Counted from the first letter of the stretch, positions 48,778 to 58,422 are shown. The stretch: DNA of 64,000 bases from Candidatus Berkelbacteria bacterium (GCA_037140515.1 JBAXEI010000002.1:39703-103702), one strand, 5' to 3'. Program-made: numbers and translations. Notes: generated by a model from the sequence alone, not told the origin.

Positions 48778-48807
48778 ATAATAACCAAAGATAGTATATA
48801 TTGTCAA
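48778..48807 (-). promoter_or_regulatory. Minus-strand sigma70-type promoter of the candidate sRNA
   Basis: Reverse complement reads TTGACA(48807-48802)-18-TATTAT(48783-48778). Confidence 0.55.
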
Positions 48808-48809
48808 AT

Positions 48810-50660
48810 ATGAAAGAATTGCAAAAAATTGAATACGAAGTAGGAAGTAATCATACAATAAACTCTGTGTTAGAAACATTGAGTAATTTTGGTTATGAGA
48901 TAGTTCAAAATATTGAGAGCTCAGCCGAAGCATCTAAAGCTGGCGGAAATATACAAATATTTCCAGTAAATTTTGTAAATCCAATAAGGCTGGAGTTCTT
49001 TGGAGACAATATTGACGCAATTGTTGAGTTTGATAAATCAAGTAATAAGAAGATTCGGTCTCACAATTTCGTTGACTTGAACAAAAATACTTTGACTCTG
49101 GATGATAATTCAGCAATTCGCCCCGGTGATTTTATTGTTCATGAAGATCATGGAATCGGCGAATTTAGATATCGAAGCGCTCGGATAATCGCCGATGAGA
49201 TTGTGCATTATGTGAACATATCATACTTAAATAATGCGCTATTATGTGTACCAAGCGATCAAATTCCGAAAATATCTAGATATATTGGTGTAGGTCGAGC
49301 TAAGCCAAAGCTAAGTCGCCTTGGCAGTCCTGTTTGGAAGAAAACTTATCAAAAAACTTATGAAAATGCATTGCTTTTGGCGAAAGAGCTTCTCATAGTT
49401 TATGCAAAACGTCACATTGCCAGAAAAACTCCGCGATATATTAATTATGATTGGGAAAATGAAGTAGAAAAGACTTTTCGTTTCGCACAGACCCCAGATC
49501 AAAATGCAGCAATCAAAGATGTCTATAGCGATATGACCAAAAATGTACTAATGGATCGCTTGATTTGTGGTGACGTTGGCTTTGGCAAAACTGAAGTTGC
49601 AATTAGAGCTGCAGTACAAGCGGTCGCAAATGGATTTCAAGTTGTGATCTTAGTGCCGACAACTATTCTTGCAGAACAGCACAATGAGACTCTTAGAGCC
49701 CGTTTGAAGGATTTGCCGATTTCCGTCGAACATATTAGCCGATTGGTCGAACCAAAAATTCAAAATGAAATTATCGAAAAAACCAAAAATGGTTTGGTTG
49801 ATATTCTTGTTGGAACTCATAGGCTCGTAAAGGGTAGTGTCGAGTTCAAGAACTTAGGGCTTCTTATCATTGATGAGGAGCAAAAATTTGGCGTTAAGGA
49901 TAAGGAAAAGCTAAAGAAATTCCGAGAAGATCTTGATGTTATTTCGTTGACTGCAACCCCAATCCCGCGAACTCTATATATGGCGCTTTCGGGGATTCGT
50001 GAGATATCGCAGATTCAGTCAGTCCCATTTGGCAGACAGAGCATTGAGACTGCTGTCATCCCTTTTGAGAAAAAATCAGTGCTAGACTATTTAAAAAACG
50101 AAAAAGCACGTGGTGGACAGAGCTATTATTTGCATAACGAAGTAGCGACTATTCAGAGCGTCCAGAAGTGGCTATGTAAGGAACTGCCTGATTGTAAAAT
50201 CGAGGCCGGCCATGGTCAGATGAGCGAAACGAAGCTTGGCGAAAATATGCGCGAGTTTGCAGCCGGAGAAATTGATATATTGGTTTGTTCAACAATCATC
50301 GAAAATGGTCTCGATCTGCCAAATGTAAATACGATGATTGTCGACGAAGCTGATCGTTTTGGTTTGTCTCAACTATATCAGATCAGAGGTAGAATCGGAC
50401 GAAGCAGCAAGAAGGCTTATGGCGTTTTCACCTATCAGAATAAGAAGCTGACTCCAAATGCCGTAAGACGCCTCAAGGTCTTGGCCGAGAATACTGAGCT
50501 TGGTGTTGGCTATAATTTCGCGATTGAGGATTTGGAAATACGTGGCGGAGGGAATATACTAGGAAAAGAGCAGCATGGAAATATGGAGGCAGTGGGTTTG
50601 ATGCTCTACTCGAAACTGTTGAAATTAGCAGTGGAAAAGTTGAAAAAAGAAGCTGCATAG
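48810..50660 (+). CDS. mfd: Shortened transcription-repair coupling factor (Mfd-like)
   Basis: GDFIVHEDHGIG (RID), GDVGFGKT, DEEQ, TATPIPRT, GLSQLYQIRGRIGR, DLEIRGGGNILG..QHG; about 616 aa, stopping before D7. Confidence 0.88.
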   Translation: MKELQKIEYEVGSNHTINSVLETLSNFGYEIVQNIESSAEASKAGGNIQIFPVNFVNPIRLEFFGDNIDAIVEFDKSSNKKIRSHNFVDLNKNTLTLDDNSAIRPGDFIVHEDHGIGEFRYRSARIIADEIVHYVNISYLNNALLCVPSDQIPKISRYIGVGRAKPKLSRLGSPVWKKTYQKTYENALLLAKELLIVYAKRHIARKTPRYINYDWENEVEKTFRFAQTPDQNAAIKDVYSDMTKNVLMDRLICGDVGFGKTEVAIRAAVQAVANGFQVVILVPTTILAEQHNETLRARLKDLPISVEHISRLVEPKIQNEIIEKTKNGLVDILVGTHRLVKGSVEFKNLGLLIIDEEQKFGVKDKEKLKKFREDLDVISLTATPIPRTLYMALSGIREISQIQSVPFGRQSIETAVIPFEKKSVLDYLKNEKARGGQSYYLHNEVATIQSVQKWLCKELPDCKIEAGHGQMSETKLGENMREFAAGEIDILVCSTIIENGLDLPNVNTMIVDEADRFGLSQLYQIRGRIGRSSKKAYGVFTYQNKKLTPNAVRRLKVLAENTELGVGYNFAIEDLEIRGGGNILGKEQHGNMEAVGLMLYSKLLKLAVEKLKKEAA

Positions 50661-50683
50661 AATAAATTAATAGGTGAGGGTCC

Positions 50684-51775
50684 ATGACAATACTGAATAA
50701 AAACAAATGTTTGCTTGGACTCATAAGTCACCCGAATATTGGAATTCAAACGATCAAAAAGATTCTCCTTGCCTATGATAATGATATTGATAAGGCCTGG
50801 AATGCGCATCAAGATGATTTAGCAAAACGCCTTGATAGAAAGATCATACTTTTGCTTACGGATGCGAGAAACAAATTTGATCCGGATACCGAAATAGAGA
50901 AACTTGCAAAGCTCGATGTTGGCTATGTGACGATGTATGACAAAGCCTATCCAGAGCTGCTAAAGCAACTATATGATTTTCCACCTGTGCTATTTGTAAA
51001 AGGAAATATTGAGGTGCTCAAAGCAAAAAGTCTTGGTGTTGTCGGCAGCAGAAAATACACAAATTATGGTGCTAAAATGTCTCATAAATTTTCAAAAGAG
51101 TGTGCCGAAAACGGCTTAGTCATTGTTTCTGGCTTAGCCCTTGGTATAGATGCGATCGCACATCAAGCCGCGGTTGACGCAGGAACGCCTACTATTGGGG
51201 TCCTAGGGTGCGGCCTTGACCGAGTTTATCCAGTTAGCAATTATCATCTTGGGGAAGCAATAATACGAGGCGGTGGTGCCATAGTCTCCGAATATCCTCT
51301 TGGTACACCCCCAATGAAGCAAAACTTTCCGCAAAGAAATAGAATAATCGCTGGCCTTAGTGTCGGCACATTAGTCATCGAAGCGGCAGAACACTCAGGA
51401 GCTCTGATTACTGCTTATTCAGCACTCGAAAACAATAGAGACGTTTTTGCGATACCTGGAAATATCGATGCTGAAACTTCATATGGAACTAATGAGCTTC
51501 TAAAAAAGGGTGCAAAGTTGGTGACAAAAGTCGAGGATATCCTTGAAGAAATGAATATCAAGATAGCAGACAATCATACAAAGTATGAAGAATATATTCC
51601 GAATACGCCAGAGGAAAAGATAGTATTTAGCTTATTAAAAGTAGATTCTAAGTCAGCCGATGAAATGGTTGCGGAGACAAAAATGAATGTTATCGCGTTA
51701 AATGCGACATTGTCTTTAATGGAGCTAAGTGGAGCAATCCAAAACATTGGTGGTGGCAGATATAAACTGAAATAA
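50684..51775 (+). CDS. dprA: DNA-processing protein DprA
   Basis: VVGSR, VSGLALGIDA, FPQRNRIIAGLS, VIEAAEHSGALITA. Confidence 0.96.
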   Translation: MTILNKNKCLLGLISHPNIGIQTIKKILLAYDNDIDKAWNAHQDDLAKRLDRKIILLLTDARNKFDPDTEIEKLAKLDVGYVTMYDKAYPELLKQLYDFPPVLFVKGNIEVLKAKSLGVVGSRKYTNYGAKMSHKFSKECAENGLVIVSGLALGIDAIAHQAAVDAGTPTIGVLGCGLDRVYPVSNYHLGEAIIRGGGAIVSEYPLGTPPMKQNFPQRNRIIAGLSVGTLVIEAAEHSGALITAYSALENNRDVFAIPGNIDAETSYGTNELLKKGAKLVTKVEDILEEMNIKIADNHTKYEEYIPNTPEEKIVFSLLKVDSKSADEMVAETKMNVIALNATLSLMELSGAIQNIGGGRYKLK

Positions 51776-51913
51776 TTTTATTATTTTATCATTTTAATAC
51801 AATTTATTAATTCAGAGAATTTGCAATAATATAGATCTGATTTGATTTTTATTCATAATGTTGTTAATTTATCTAAAGTGTTCGAAAAAATAAAAGGAAG
51901 GGAAAGAACAAAA

Positions 51914-54094
51914 ATGAATCTAGTGATCGTCGAGTCGCCAGCAAAGGCGAAAACAATCGAAAAATATCTAGGCAAAGATTTCAAAGTCTTGGCCTCTTTT
52001 GGTCATGTCCGTGATTTACCAGAAAAAAACATTGGTATTGATATAGAAAATAATTATGAACCAAAATATGAAGTTTTAGCGAAAGCAAAGAAAACACTTG
52101 CTGCTCTCAAGGATGCATTGAAAAAATCAGATATGGTCTATCTCGCGACTGACTTGGACCGAGAAGGAGAAGCTATTTCTTGGCATTTGACTCATGCGCT
52201 TGGTTTGAAGCTTTCAAGCGATAAAGTAAAAAGAATTGTTTTTCATGAAATTACAAAATCAGCACTCGAAAACGCTGTTGCGAATCCAAGAGGCTTGGAT
52301 CTAAACCTTGTTGACGCACAACAGGGTCGTAGAGTTCTTGATCGACTTGTTGGCTATAAGCTCAGTCCACTTCTTTGGAAAAAGGTAAAAAAGGGCCTTT
52401 CGGCCGGCCGTGTTCAGTCCGTGGCTGTTCGGCTCGTAGTCGAGCGTGAACGTGAGATTAAGAATTTTGTTCCTGTCGAATATTGGTTTCTGGGCGTTAG
52501 CTTAGCCGATCAGAAAAAGAAAGATGTCTTTACTGCATCCTTGGTTCAAGTAGATGGCAAGCCAGTCGGCAAAATGACGATCAAGACAAAGGACGAAGCC
52601 GACAAAATAGAGAAAGATTTAGAGGGCGCTTCATACAAAGTCATACAAGTTAAACATGACGACTCTATCCGTAAACCGTCTGGGCCATTTACAACTTCCA
52701 CGCTTCAAATGGAATCTTCTCGAAAGCTCGGTTACTCTCCGAAACAGACTATGATGATTGCTCAGCACCTTTATGAAGCTGGTCACATCACTTATATGAG
52801 AACTGACTCAACAAATATATCTGCCGATGCTGTAGCAGCAATCAATACAACAATTACATCTCAATTTGGCGAAAAATATTTGAATAAGGGTAATAGATCT
52901 TTTGCAACCAATACGAAACATGCGCAAGAGGCTCATGAAGCGATTCGCCCAACTCATTTTGACAAGATGGAAGTCTCTAACGATAGGCAGGAGCAAAAGC
53001 TTTATGAGCTGATCTGGAGACGAACGGTTGCTACTCAGATGGGGGACGCAATATTTGATATTATTACAGTCAAGATTGAAGCAAAAGCGACTAAGGATTT
53101 TATTTTTGATGCGAAAGGTGAGGTAATAAAATTTGACGGCTTTATGAAACTATATCTAGAAGGAAAAGATGAAGAATCTGAAGATAATATTTCAAAAATC
53201 CCAAATCTTGCCGAGGGTGAACTGCTCGATTTCATCAAAATGTTGAAAAATCAAAAATTCACAGAGGGTCCAAAAAGATATAGCGAAGCAATGCTTGTGA
53301 AGAAGCTTGAGAGTCTTGGCATCGGTCGTCCGTCGACCTACGCGCCAACGCTTGAGACAATCCAAAATCGTGGCTATACAGAACTAATCGATAAAAAATT
53401 TCAACCTACTGAGATCGGAACTATTGTAAATGATCTGCTTGTCGCAAATTTTCCTATCGTCGTCGATTATAAGTTTACCGCAAACATGGAAGACGAGTTT
53501 GATGAGGTCGCAGAAGGAAAACTTGATTGGCATAAAGTCATTGATGAATTCTATGTTCCTTTTGCGAAGACTCTAAAAGAAAAAGATAAAGAACTAAATA
53601 AAAGCGACATCATGCCCTTAGAGGAACTAGAAGAGGAATGTCCAAACTGTGGCAAGAAGCTTGTAGTTCGTTTCGGACGCTTTGGCAAATTTATTGCATG
53701 TCCAGGATATCCTGAGTGTAAATACTCTCGTCCGCTCGAGACAAAAGCAGAAGAGAAGAGCTCAGAGGTCTCGGATGGTGAGGGCGGTATGGAGAGTCTT
53801 GTTGATGCTGAAAAAGAAAAATGCGAGAAATGTGGTGGCAAGATGATGCTCAAGGAAGGGCGTTTCGGTAAATTTCTTGCTTGTGAAAATTATCCAACAT
53901 GCAAAAATACAAAGGCTATTGTAGGCAAAACTGGTATCAAATGTCCGAAATGCGAGAAGGGCGAAATAATTGAGAAGAAAACAAAAAGACGTCGGAGCTT
54001 CTGGGGCTGTTCACGATATCCTGACTGTGACTATGCAACTTGGGATAATCCAACAGTCAAGAAAGATGAAACAACCGCTGAGCAAGGAGTATGA
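51914..54094 (+). CDS. topA: DNA topoisomerase I
   Basis: LVIVESPAKAK, ATDLDREGEAI, SAGRVQS, ITYMRTDS, GIGRPSTY; three C-terminal zinc ribbons. Confidence 0.97.
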   Translation: MNLVIVESPAKAKTIEKYLGKDFKVLASFGHVRDLPEKNIGIDIENNYEPKYEVLAKAKKTLAALKDALKKSDMVYLATDLDREGEAISWHLTHALGLKLSSDKVKRIVFHEITKSALENAVANPRGLDLNLVDAQQGRRVLDRLVGYKLSPLLWKKVKKGLSAGRVQSVAVRLVVEREREIKNFVPVEYWFLGVSLADQKKKDVFTASLVQVDGKPVGKMTIKTKDEADKIEKDLEGASYKVIQVKHDDSIRKPSGPFTTSTLQMESSRKLGYSPKQTMMIAQHLYEAGHITYMRTDSTNISADAVAAINTTITSQFGEKYLNKGNRSFATNTKHAQEAHEAIRPTHFDKMEVSNDRQEQKLYELIWRRTVATQMGDAIFDIITVKIEAKATKDFIFDAKGEVIKFDGFMKLYLEGKDEESEDNISKIPNLAEGELLDFIKMLKNQKFTEGPKRYSEAMLVKKLESLGIGRPSTYAPTLETIQNRGYTELIDKKFQPTEIGTIVNDLLVANFPIVVDYKFTANMEDEFDEVAEGKLDWHKVIDEFYVPFAKTLKEKDKELNKSDIMPLEELEEECPNCGKKLVVRFGRFGKFIACPGYPECKYSRPLETKAEEKSSEVSDGEGGMESLVDAEKEKCEKCGGKMMLKEGRFGKFLACENYPTCKNTKAIVGKTGIKCPKCEKGEIIEKKTKRRRSFWGCSRYPDCDYATWDNPTVKKDETTAEQGV

Positions 54095-54705
54095 TGATTG
54101 ATCCTGTGATGAAAAAAGCCGCTATAGATTTGGCCTGCGAAATTACAAACAAATGCGGTGACGTGATGCATGGTGTTTCGCATCTCGAAAGTGTTCTCAA
54201 CTATTCAAATATGATTGTCAAAAGTTATCCTGAGGCTGATCTTGATATATTAGAAATTTCAGTTTGGTGGCATGATGTTGGTCGTTTGTATCTTGATCGT
54301 GGCCACGCTCTGAAAAGCATGGAAATGGCGATCGAAAGTCTGACGAAGATTGGTTTTGATGCTTCTGACGTCGAAAAAATTAGTATTGCTATCGAGAGTC
54401 ACAGTAATAGTAGCGAAAAAAAGCCATCCACTATCGAGGGAATAATTCTTAAAGATGCTGACAAATTGGATTTCTTGACTTCTTTACGTTGGCAAATAGG
54501 AATGGACAACGATAGAACCAAGGAAATAGAGATTGGAATTGACAAGATACCGTTGATTCTCACTGATATTCTAATATTACCCGAGTCAAAAGAAATCTAC
54601 GCTGAATTATTTACGAATCTGGTAAATTATCTAAAGAAATCTGACAATCCTTTTATCAATAAATATAAACCGACGATTGCTAAACGTTGGCAGGTTAATA
54701 TCTAA
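54091..54705 (+). CDS. HD-domain phosphohydrolase
   Basis: HGVSH, WHDVG, DADKLD. Confidence 0.85.
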   Translation: MMIDPVMKKAAIDLACEITNKCGDVMHGVSHLESVLNYSNMIVKSYPEADLDILEISVWWHDVGRLYLDRGHALKSMEMAIESLTKIGFDASDVEKISIAIESHSNSSEKKPSTIEGIILKDADKLDFLTSLRWQIGMDNDRTKEIEIGIDKIPLILTDILILPESKEIYAELFTNLVNYLKKSDNPFINKYKPTIAKRWQVNI

Positions 54706-54708
54706 AAT

Positions 54709-55308
54709 ATGCTTCCAAAATCAGTTCAAAATCTTATAGACGAATTTTCGAAATTGCCTGGTGTCGGCCCGAAATCGGCTGCTAGACTCGCTTTTTACTT
54801 GCTGACGAAGCCAAAGTCTGATGTTGAGTCTCTCGGCAAAAGCATCTTGGGCCTTGTTGAAAATCTTAAATACTGCGATATCTGCTACAATATTGCCGAG
54901 ACTGAAGTTTGTGCAATTTGTAGCAATTCCGAAAGAGATCCTTCAATCATAACCGTGGTCGAAGAACCTTTGGACGTGATCGCGCTTGAGAAATCTCTGG
55001 GAATTAACGGCCTTTATCATGTGCTCGGGGGCGTGATTTCACCGATCAACGGTGTCAGTCCTGAAGATTTGCGAATTGATCAGCTTATCCGGCGAGTTCA
55101 AAATGGTGAGATCAAAGAGATAGTGCTTGCGACTAATCCGAACCTTGAGGGAGAGGCAACAGCTGCGTATCTTAAAAATAAAATTTTCGCAGTAAATTCT
55201 GAGATCAAAATTACTCGGATCGCTCGTGGGCTCCCAATCGGTGGTGATCTGGAATATGCCGACGAGGTGACACTGAAGCGTTCGCTAGAAGGGCGTAGGG
55301 ACTACTAA
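54709..55308 (+). CDS. recR: Recombination mediator RecR
   Basis: LPGVGPKSAARLA, CDIC...CAIC, YHVLGG, EGEATA, GGDLEYAD. Confidence 0.97.
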   Translation: MLPKSVQNLIDEFSKLPGVGPKSAARLAFYLLTKPKSDVESLGKSILGLVENLKYCDICYNIAETEVCAICSNSERDPSIITVVEEPLDVIALEKSLGINGLYHVLGGVISPINGVSPEDLRIDQLIRRVQNGEIKEIVLATNPNLEGEATAAYLKNKIFAVNSEIKITRIARGLPIGGDLEYADEVTLKRSLEGRRDY

Positions 55309-55371
55309 ATTGGCCAGAATAATTTGTTGAAAAAGTAGTCAGGGACTGATAAAATTCTTGAATTAAAAATA

Positions 55372-55416
55372 GGTGGATAACTCTTCTTGACAATCAGCTA
55401 CATTGATCGCTAAAAT
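55372..55416 (+). promoter_or_regulatory. Promoter with an adjacent DnaA-like box
   Basis: GGTGGATAA 55372-55380; TTGACA(55387-55392)-18-TAAAAT(55411-55416). Confidence 0.55.
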
Positions 55417-55459
55417 CCAATGCAGTTGATGAAAAATTAAAACAAAAAGAAGAGGTCAA

Positions 55460-55696
55460 ATGAGGGAAGAAAAATTCTGCTGTCCAAACTTAGATTGTGG
55501 CTTTACTAGCTACAATAGTGGTGAGTGTCCTGAGTGTGGAAAAGAATTGGACAAGATCAAAGGCGACGATTATGCATCTTTCAATAGCGAAACAGAAGAA
55601 GACAGTCCAGCAGAAGTAATGATGAGCGACTTCGACGATGATCCAGACGTGACGTCTTGGTATAAGGACGAAGAAGGCTCATATTCAGCCATGTAA
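55460..55696 (+). CDS. Small zinc-ribbon protein with an acidic tail
   Basis: CPNLDC and CPEC; D/E-rich C-terminal half; own promoter, GAGG RBS and terminator. Confidence 0.7.
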   Translation: MREEKFCCPNLDCGFTSYNSGECPECGKELDKIKGDDYASFNSETEEDSPAEVMMSDFDDDPDVTSWYKDEEGSYSAM

Positions 55697-55703
55697 TTCC
55701 ACT

Positions 55704-55738
55704 AAAACTCGAGGGAACTCTACGCCTCGAGTTTTTTT
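55704..55738 (+). terminator. Intrinsic terminator
   Basis: AAAACTCGAGG-N10-CCTCGAGTTTTTTT. Confidence 0.75.
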
Positions 55739-55805
55739 ATTGGAAATGAGCTGAAATTATGCTAGAATAATATTAGATTGTCAAAGAATTAACGAGAATA
55801 ATCAT

Positions 55806-57152
55806 ATGAAACTATACAACACGCTGTCGGCTAAAATTGAAGAATTCAAAACTATCGAGGGCAAGAAAATCCGAATGTACACATGCGGTCCAACAGTTTA
55901 TGATACCGCCCATATTGGCAATCTCCGCAAATACCTTTGCGACGATATTTTGGTGCGATTGCTCAAATTTGAAGGTTCTGAGATCAAGAGAGTAATGAAT
56001 ATTACTGATATCGATGACAAGACGATCAAGCGTGCTGAGGGCGTCAAAAAAGATTTTGATATTTTAATCAGAAAATACGAAAATCAGTTTCTTGCAGATC
56101 TAGATTCTCTAAATGTTTTACGACCAGACAAAGTAACGCGTGCGACTGAGTATGTCGAGGACATGGCGGCTTTTGTTGAGGACCTTTTGAAAAAGGGCTT
56201 TGCTTATAAAACTTCTGATGGCTCTGTATATTTCTCTCTCGAAAAGTTCCCATCTTACGGAGAGCTTTCAAAGCTGGATAAGCGCGAGATTAAGGTCGGA
56301 GCTAGAATAAATTCTGATGAATATGAGAAGGAGAATCCTTCCGACTTCGTGATCTGGAAGGCTTGGGATGAAGCTGATGGAGAGATTTTTTGGAACACTT
56401 CACTCGGCAAGGGTCGTCCAGGTTGGCACCTAGAGTGCTCGACAATGAGCATGAAGGAGCTCGGCGAAACGATCGATATTCATACTGGCGGTATTGATAA
56501 TATTTTTCCGCATCATGAAAATGAAATTGCTCAATCTGAAGCCCGAAGCGGTAAGAAGTTTGTAAACTTCTGGGTTCATAGCGAAATGTTGATGGTAGAT
56601 AGTCGCAAGATGAGCAAAAGCTTGAATAATTTTTATAAATTGGCCGACATTATCGAAAAAGGATATTCTCCAATGGACTTTCGATATTTGGTGCTTACTG
56701 CCCAATATCGTTCTAAGCTAAACTTCACCTGGGATGGTTTGGAATCTGCAAAAAACAGCCGCGCTCGTCTAGTGCGCTTGGTTCAGGAGTTCGCAAAGGC
56801 AGATAAGGGCGAAGCTAATGAAGGTTACATTGCAAAATTCAAAACATATTTGGAAAATGATATTGATCTGCCAAATGCAATCGCTGTCCTTTGGGAAGTT
56901 GCTCGCGATGAGAGTATTTTTGCTGGATCGAGATATGCAACAATGCTTAGGTTTGATGAGGTGCTTGGCTTGAAGCTTGGCGAAAAAGATGCTCTTGAAA
57001 TCCCAGCAAATATTCTAGAAATCGCAAATGAAAGAAAAGCAGCACGAGAGAACAAAGATTACGCCAAATCTGATGAATTACGGGATAAGATTGCGGCTCT
57101 TGGCTATATAATCGAAGACAAAAACAATGAGTTCACAATCTCTCCAAAATAA
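55806..57152 (+). CDS. cysS: Cysteine--tRNA ligase
   Basis: CGPTVYD.AHIGN, GRPGWHLECS, FPHHENE, KMSKS. Confidence 0.97.
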   Translation: MKLYNTLSAKIEEFKTIEGKKIRMYTCGPTVYDTAHIGNLRKYLCDDILVRLLKFEGSEIKRVMNITDIDDKTIKRAEGVKKDFDILIRKYENQFLADLDSLNVLRPDKVTRATEYVEDMAAFVEDLLKKGFAYKTSDGSVYFSLEKFPSYGELSKLDKREIKVGARINSDEYEKENPSDFVIWKAWDEADGEIFWNTSLGKGRPGWHLECSTMSMKELGETIDIHTGGIDNIFPHHENEIAQSEARSGKKFVNFWVHSEMLMVDSRKMSKSLNNFYKLADIIEKGYSPMDFRYLVLTAQYRSKLNFTWDGLESAKNSRARLVRLVQEFAKADKGEANEGYIAKFKTYLENDIDLPNAIAVLWEVARDESIFAGSRYATMLRFDEVLGLKLGEKDALEIPANILEIANERKAARENKDYAKSDELRDKIAALGYIIEDKNNEFTISPK

Positions 57153-58131
57153 TTTTTGGAACAAACTACATAAACCGTTTAAGGTGCTCGCACCGATGGC
57201 TGGCTATACTGACAGCGCTTTTCGGTTGCTTTGCCGCGAGCTTGGCGCTGATGTGGTTGTTTCAGAGCTAGTCTCAGCTGATGCGATTTTTCATCAATCA
57301 AAATATTGGTACAAAGATGAAAATAACACTTGGCTTTCAAAGCGCGGCAAAGATGAAACACTTGAAATGTTGAAGTTTGACGAGGCGGAACGGCCATATG
57401 TTATTCAGCTTTTTGGTAAATTTCCAGATAAGTTTGCTTTCGCCGCGAAGTGGGTGAGCGAAAATTTGAGACCCGATGGGATTGACATCAATATGGGCTG
57501 TCCAGCCAGAAAAGTCGTAAATAGCGATCATGGTGCCGCACTCCTGAAAAATCCTGAGCTAGCGGTACAAATCGTGAAAGCGGTCAAAGAAAATACCGAT
57601 TTGCCAGTTTCGGTAAAAACGCGCCTTGGTTGGGACCATGATGATCAGATACTCGAATTCGCGCCGCAATTGCTGCGTGCTGGGATCAGCGCACTGACGA
57701 TTCACGGCAGAACCTATAAAGACGCCTTCAAAGGCGCCGCTCGTTGGGACAATATTTATGAAGTCAAAAAGATGTTTGGCGATGAGCTAATCGTAATCGG
57801 TAACGGCGATATATCATCGTATGAACAATTAAGCACTTTAGCAAAAGATCCTTTTGGCGAGACAAGGCTTGACGGCTTGATGGTCGGCCGGGCCGCCTTT
57901 GGCAAGCCTTGGATCTTTTCGAAAGAAAGTATGACAAATGATGAACTGAAGATGATTATTTTGAAACAAGCACGATATATGTTAAAAATTAAGGGAGATT
58001 TCGGCATGATCGAGTTCCGAAAGCACCTTGTGAAATATATCACTGGCTTCGTAGGAGCTAAGGATCTACGAAAGAAGGCAGTGACCGTTACAAGTTTTGA
58101 AGACGTTGAGAGCCTAGTGAGCGAACTTTAG
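57127..58131 (+). CDS. tRNA-dihydrouridine synthase (Dus family)
   Basis: LAPMAGYTD, IDINMGCP, VSVKTRLG, TIHGRT, IGNGDI, MVGR. Confidence 0.93.
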   Translation: MSSQSLQNNFWNKLHKPFKVLAPMAGYTDSAFRLLCRELGADVVVSELVSADAIFHQSKYWYKDENNTWLSKRGKDETLEMLKFDEAERPYVIQLFGKFPDKFAFAAKWVSENLRPDGIDINMGCPARKVVNSDHGAALLKNPELAVQIVKAVKENTDLPVSVKTRLGWDHDDQILEFAPQLLRAGISALTIHGRTYKDAFKGAARWDNIYEVKKMFGDELIVIGNGDISSYEQLSTLAKDPFGETRLDGLMVGRAAFGKPWIFSKESMTNDELKMIILKQARYMLKIKGDFGMIEFRKHLVKYITGFVGAKDLRKKAVTVTSFEDVESLVSEL

Positions 58132-58141
58132 ACACGAGGTA

Positions 58142-58170
58142 TTGACATAGTTGAGGATTTGTGGTAAAAT
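58142..58170 (+). promoter_or_regulatory. Near-consensus sigma70 promoter
   Basis: TTGACA-17-TAAAAT with TG extension. Confidence 0.75.
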
Positions 58171-58176
58171 TGCTCT

Positions 58177-58300
58177 AACAAGGGGAAATTTACCCGACAT
58201 CAAAGACAATCTATAGAAGTTTGCTTGTAGCAAGGATGGGGATCGTGCTGGACAGATTGTTTATCTGTGCGTACGTCAAAAACCTTGCTTTTTTGTTTTC
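58177..58300 (+). ncRNA. Candidate structured RNA or attenuator leader
   Basis: Starts after the promoter; AGCAAGG/CCTTGCT stem enclosing CGTGC/GTACG and ACAGAT/ATCTGT helices, then a U-rich tail. Confidence 0.35.
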
Positions 58301-58422
58301 TTATTTCTGACTGGGATCTTGGGATATTAGGATGATAGATTTATAGATTGACCGGCAATGAAGGTCCGTTAAAAAAAGTGGATCTGGCTAAGTTAGTCTC
58401 TGTCATTTCTCACCTTTCTCCT

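Noticed and set aside
48510-48788. Minus-strand ORF starting MYEYRC, resembling an FmdB zinc ribbon
   Set aside because: The later Cys pairs are missing; the ORF crosses a terminator and runs antisense into rplK. An RNA structure explains the region better.
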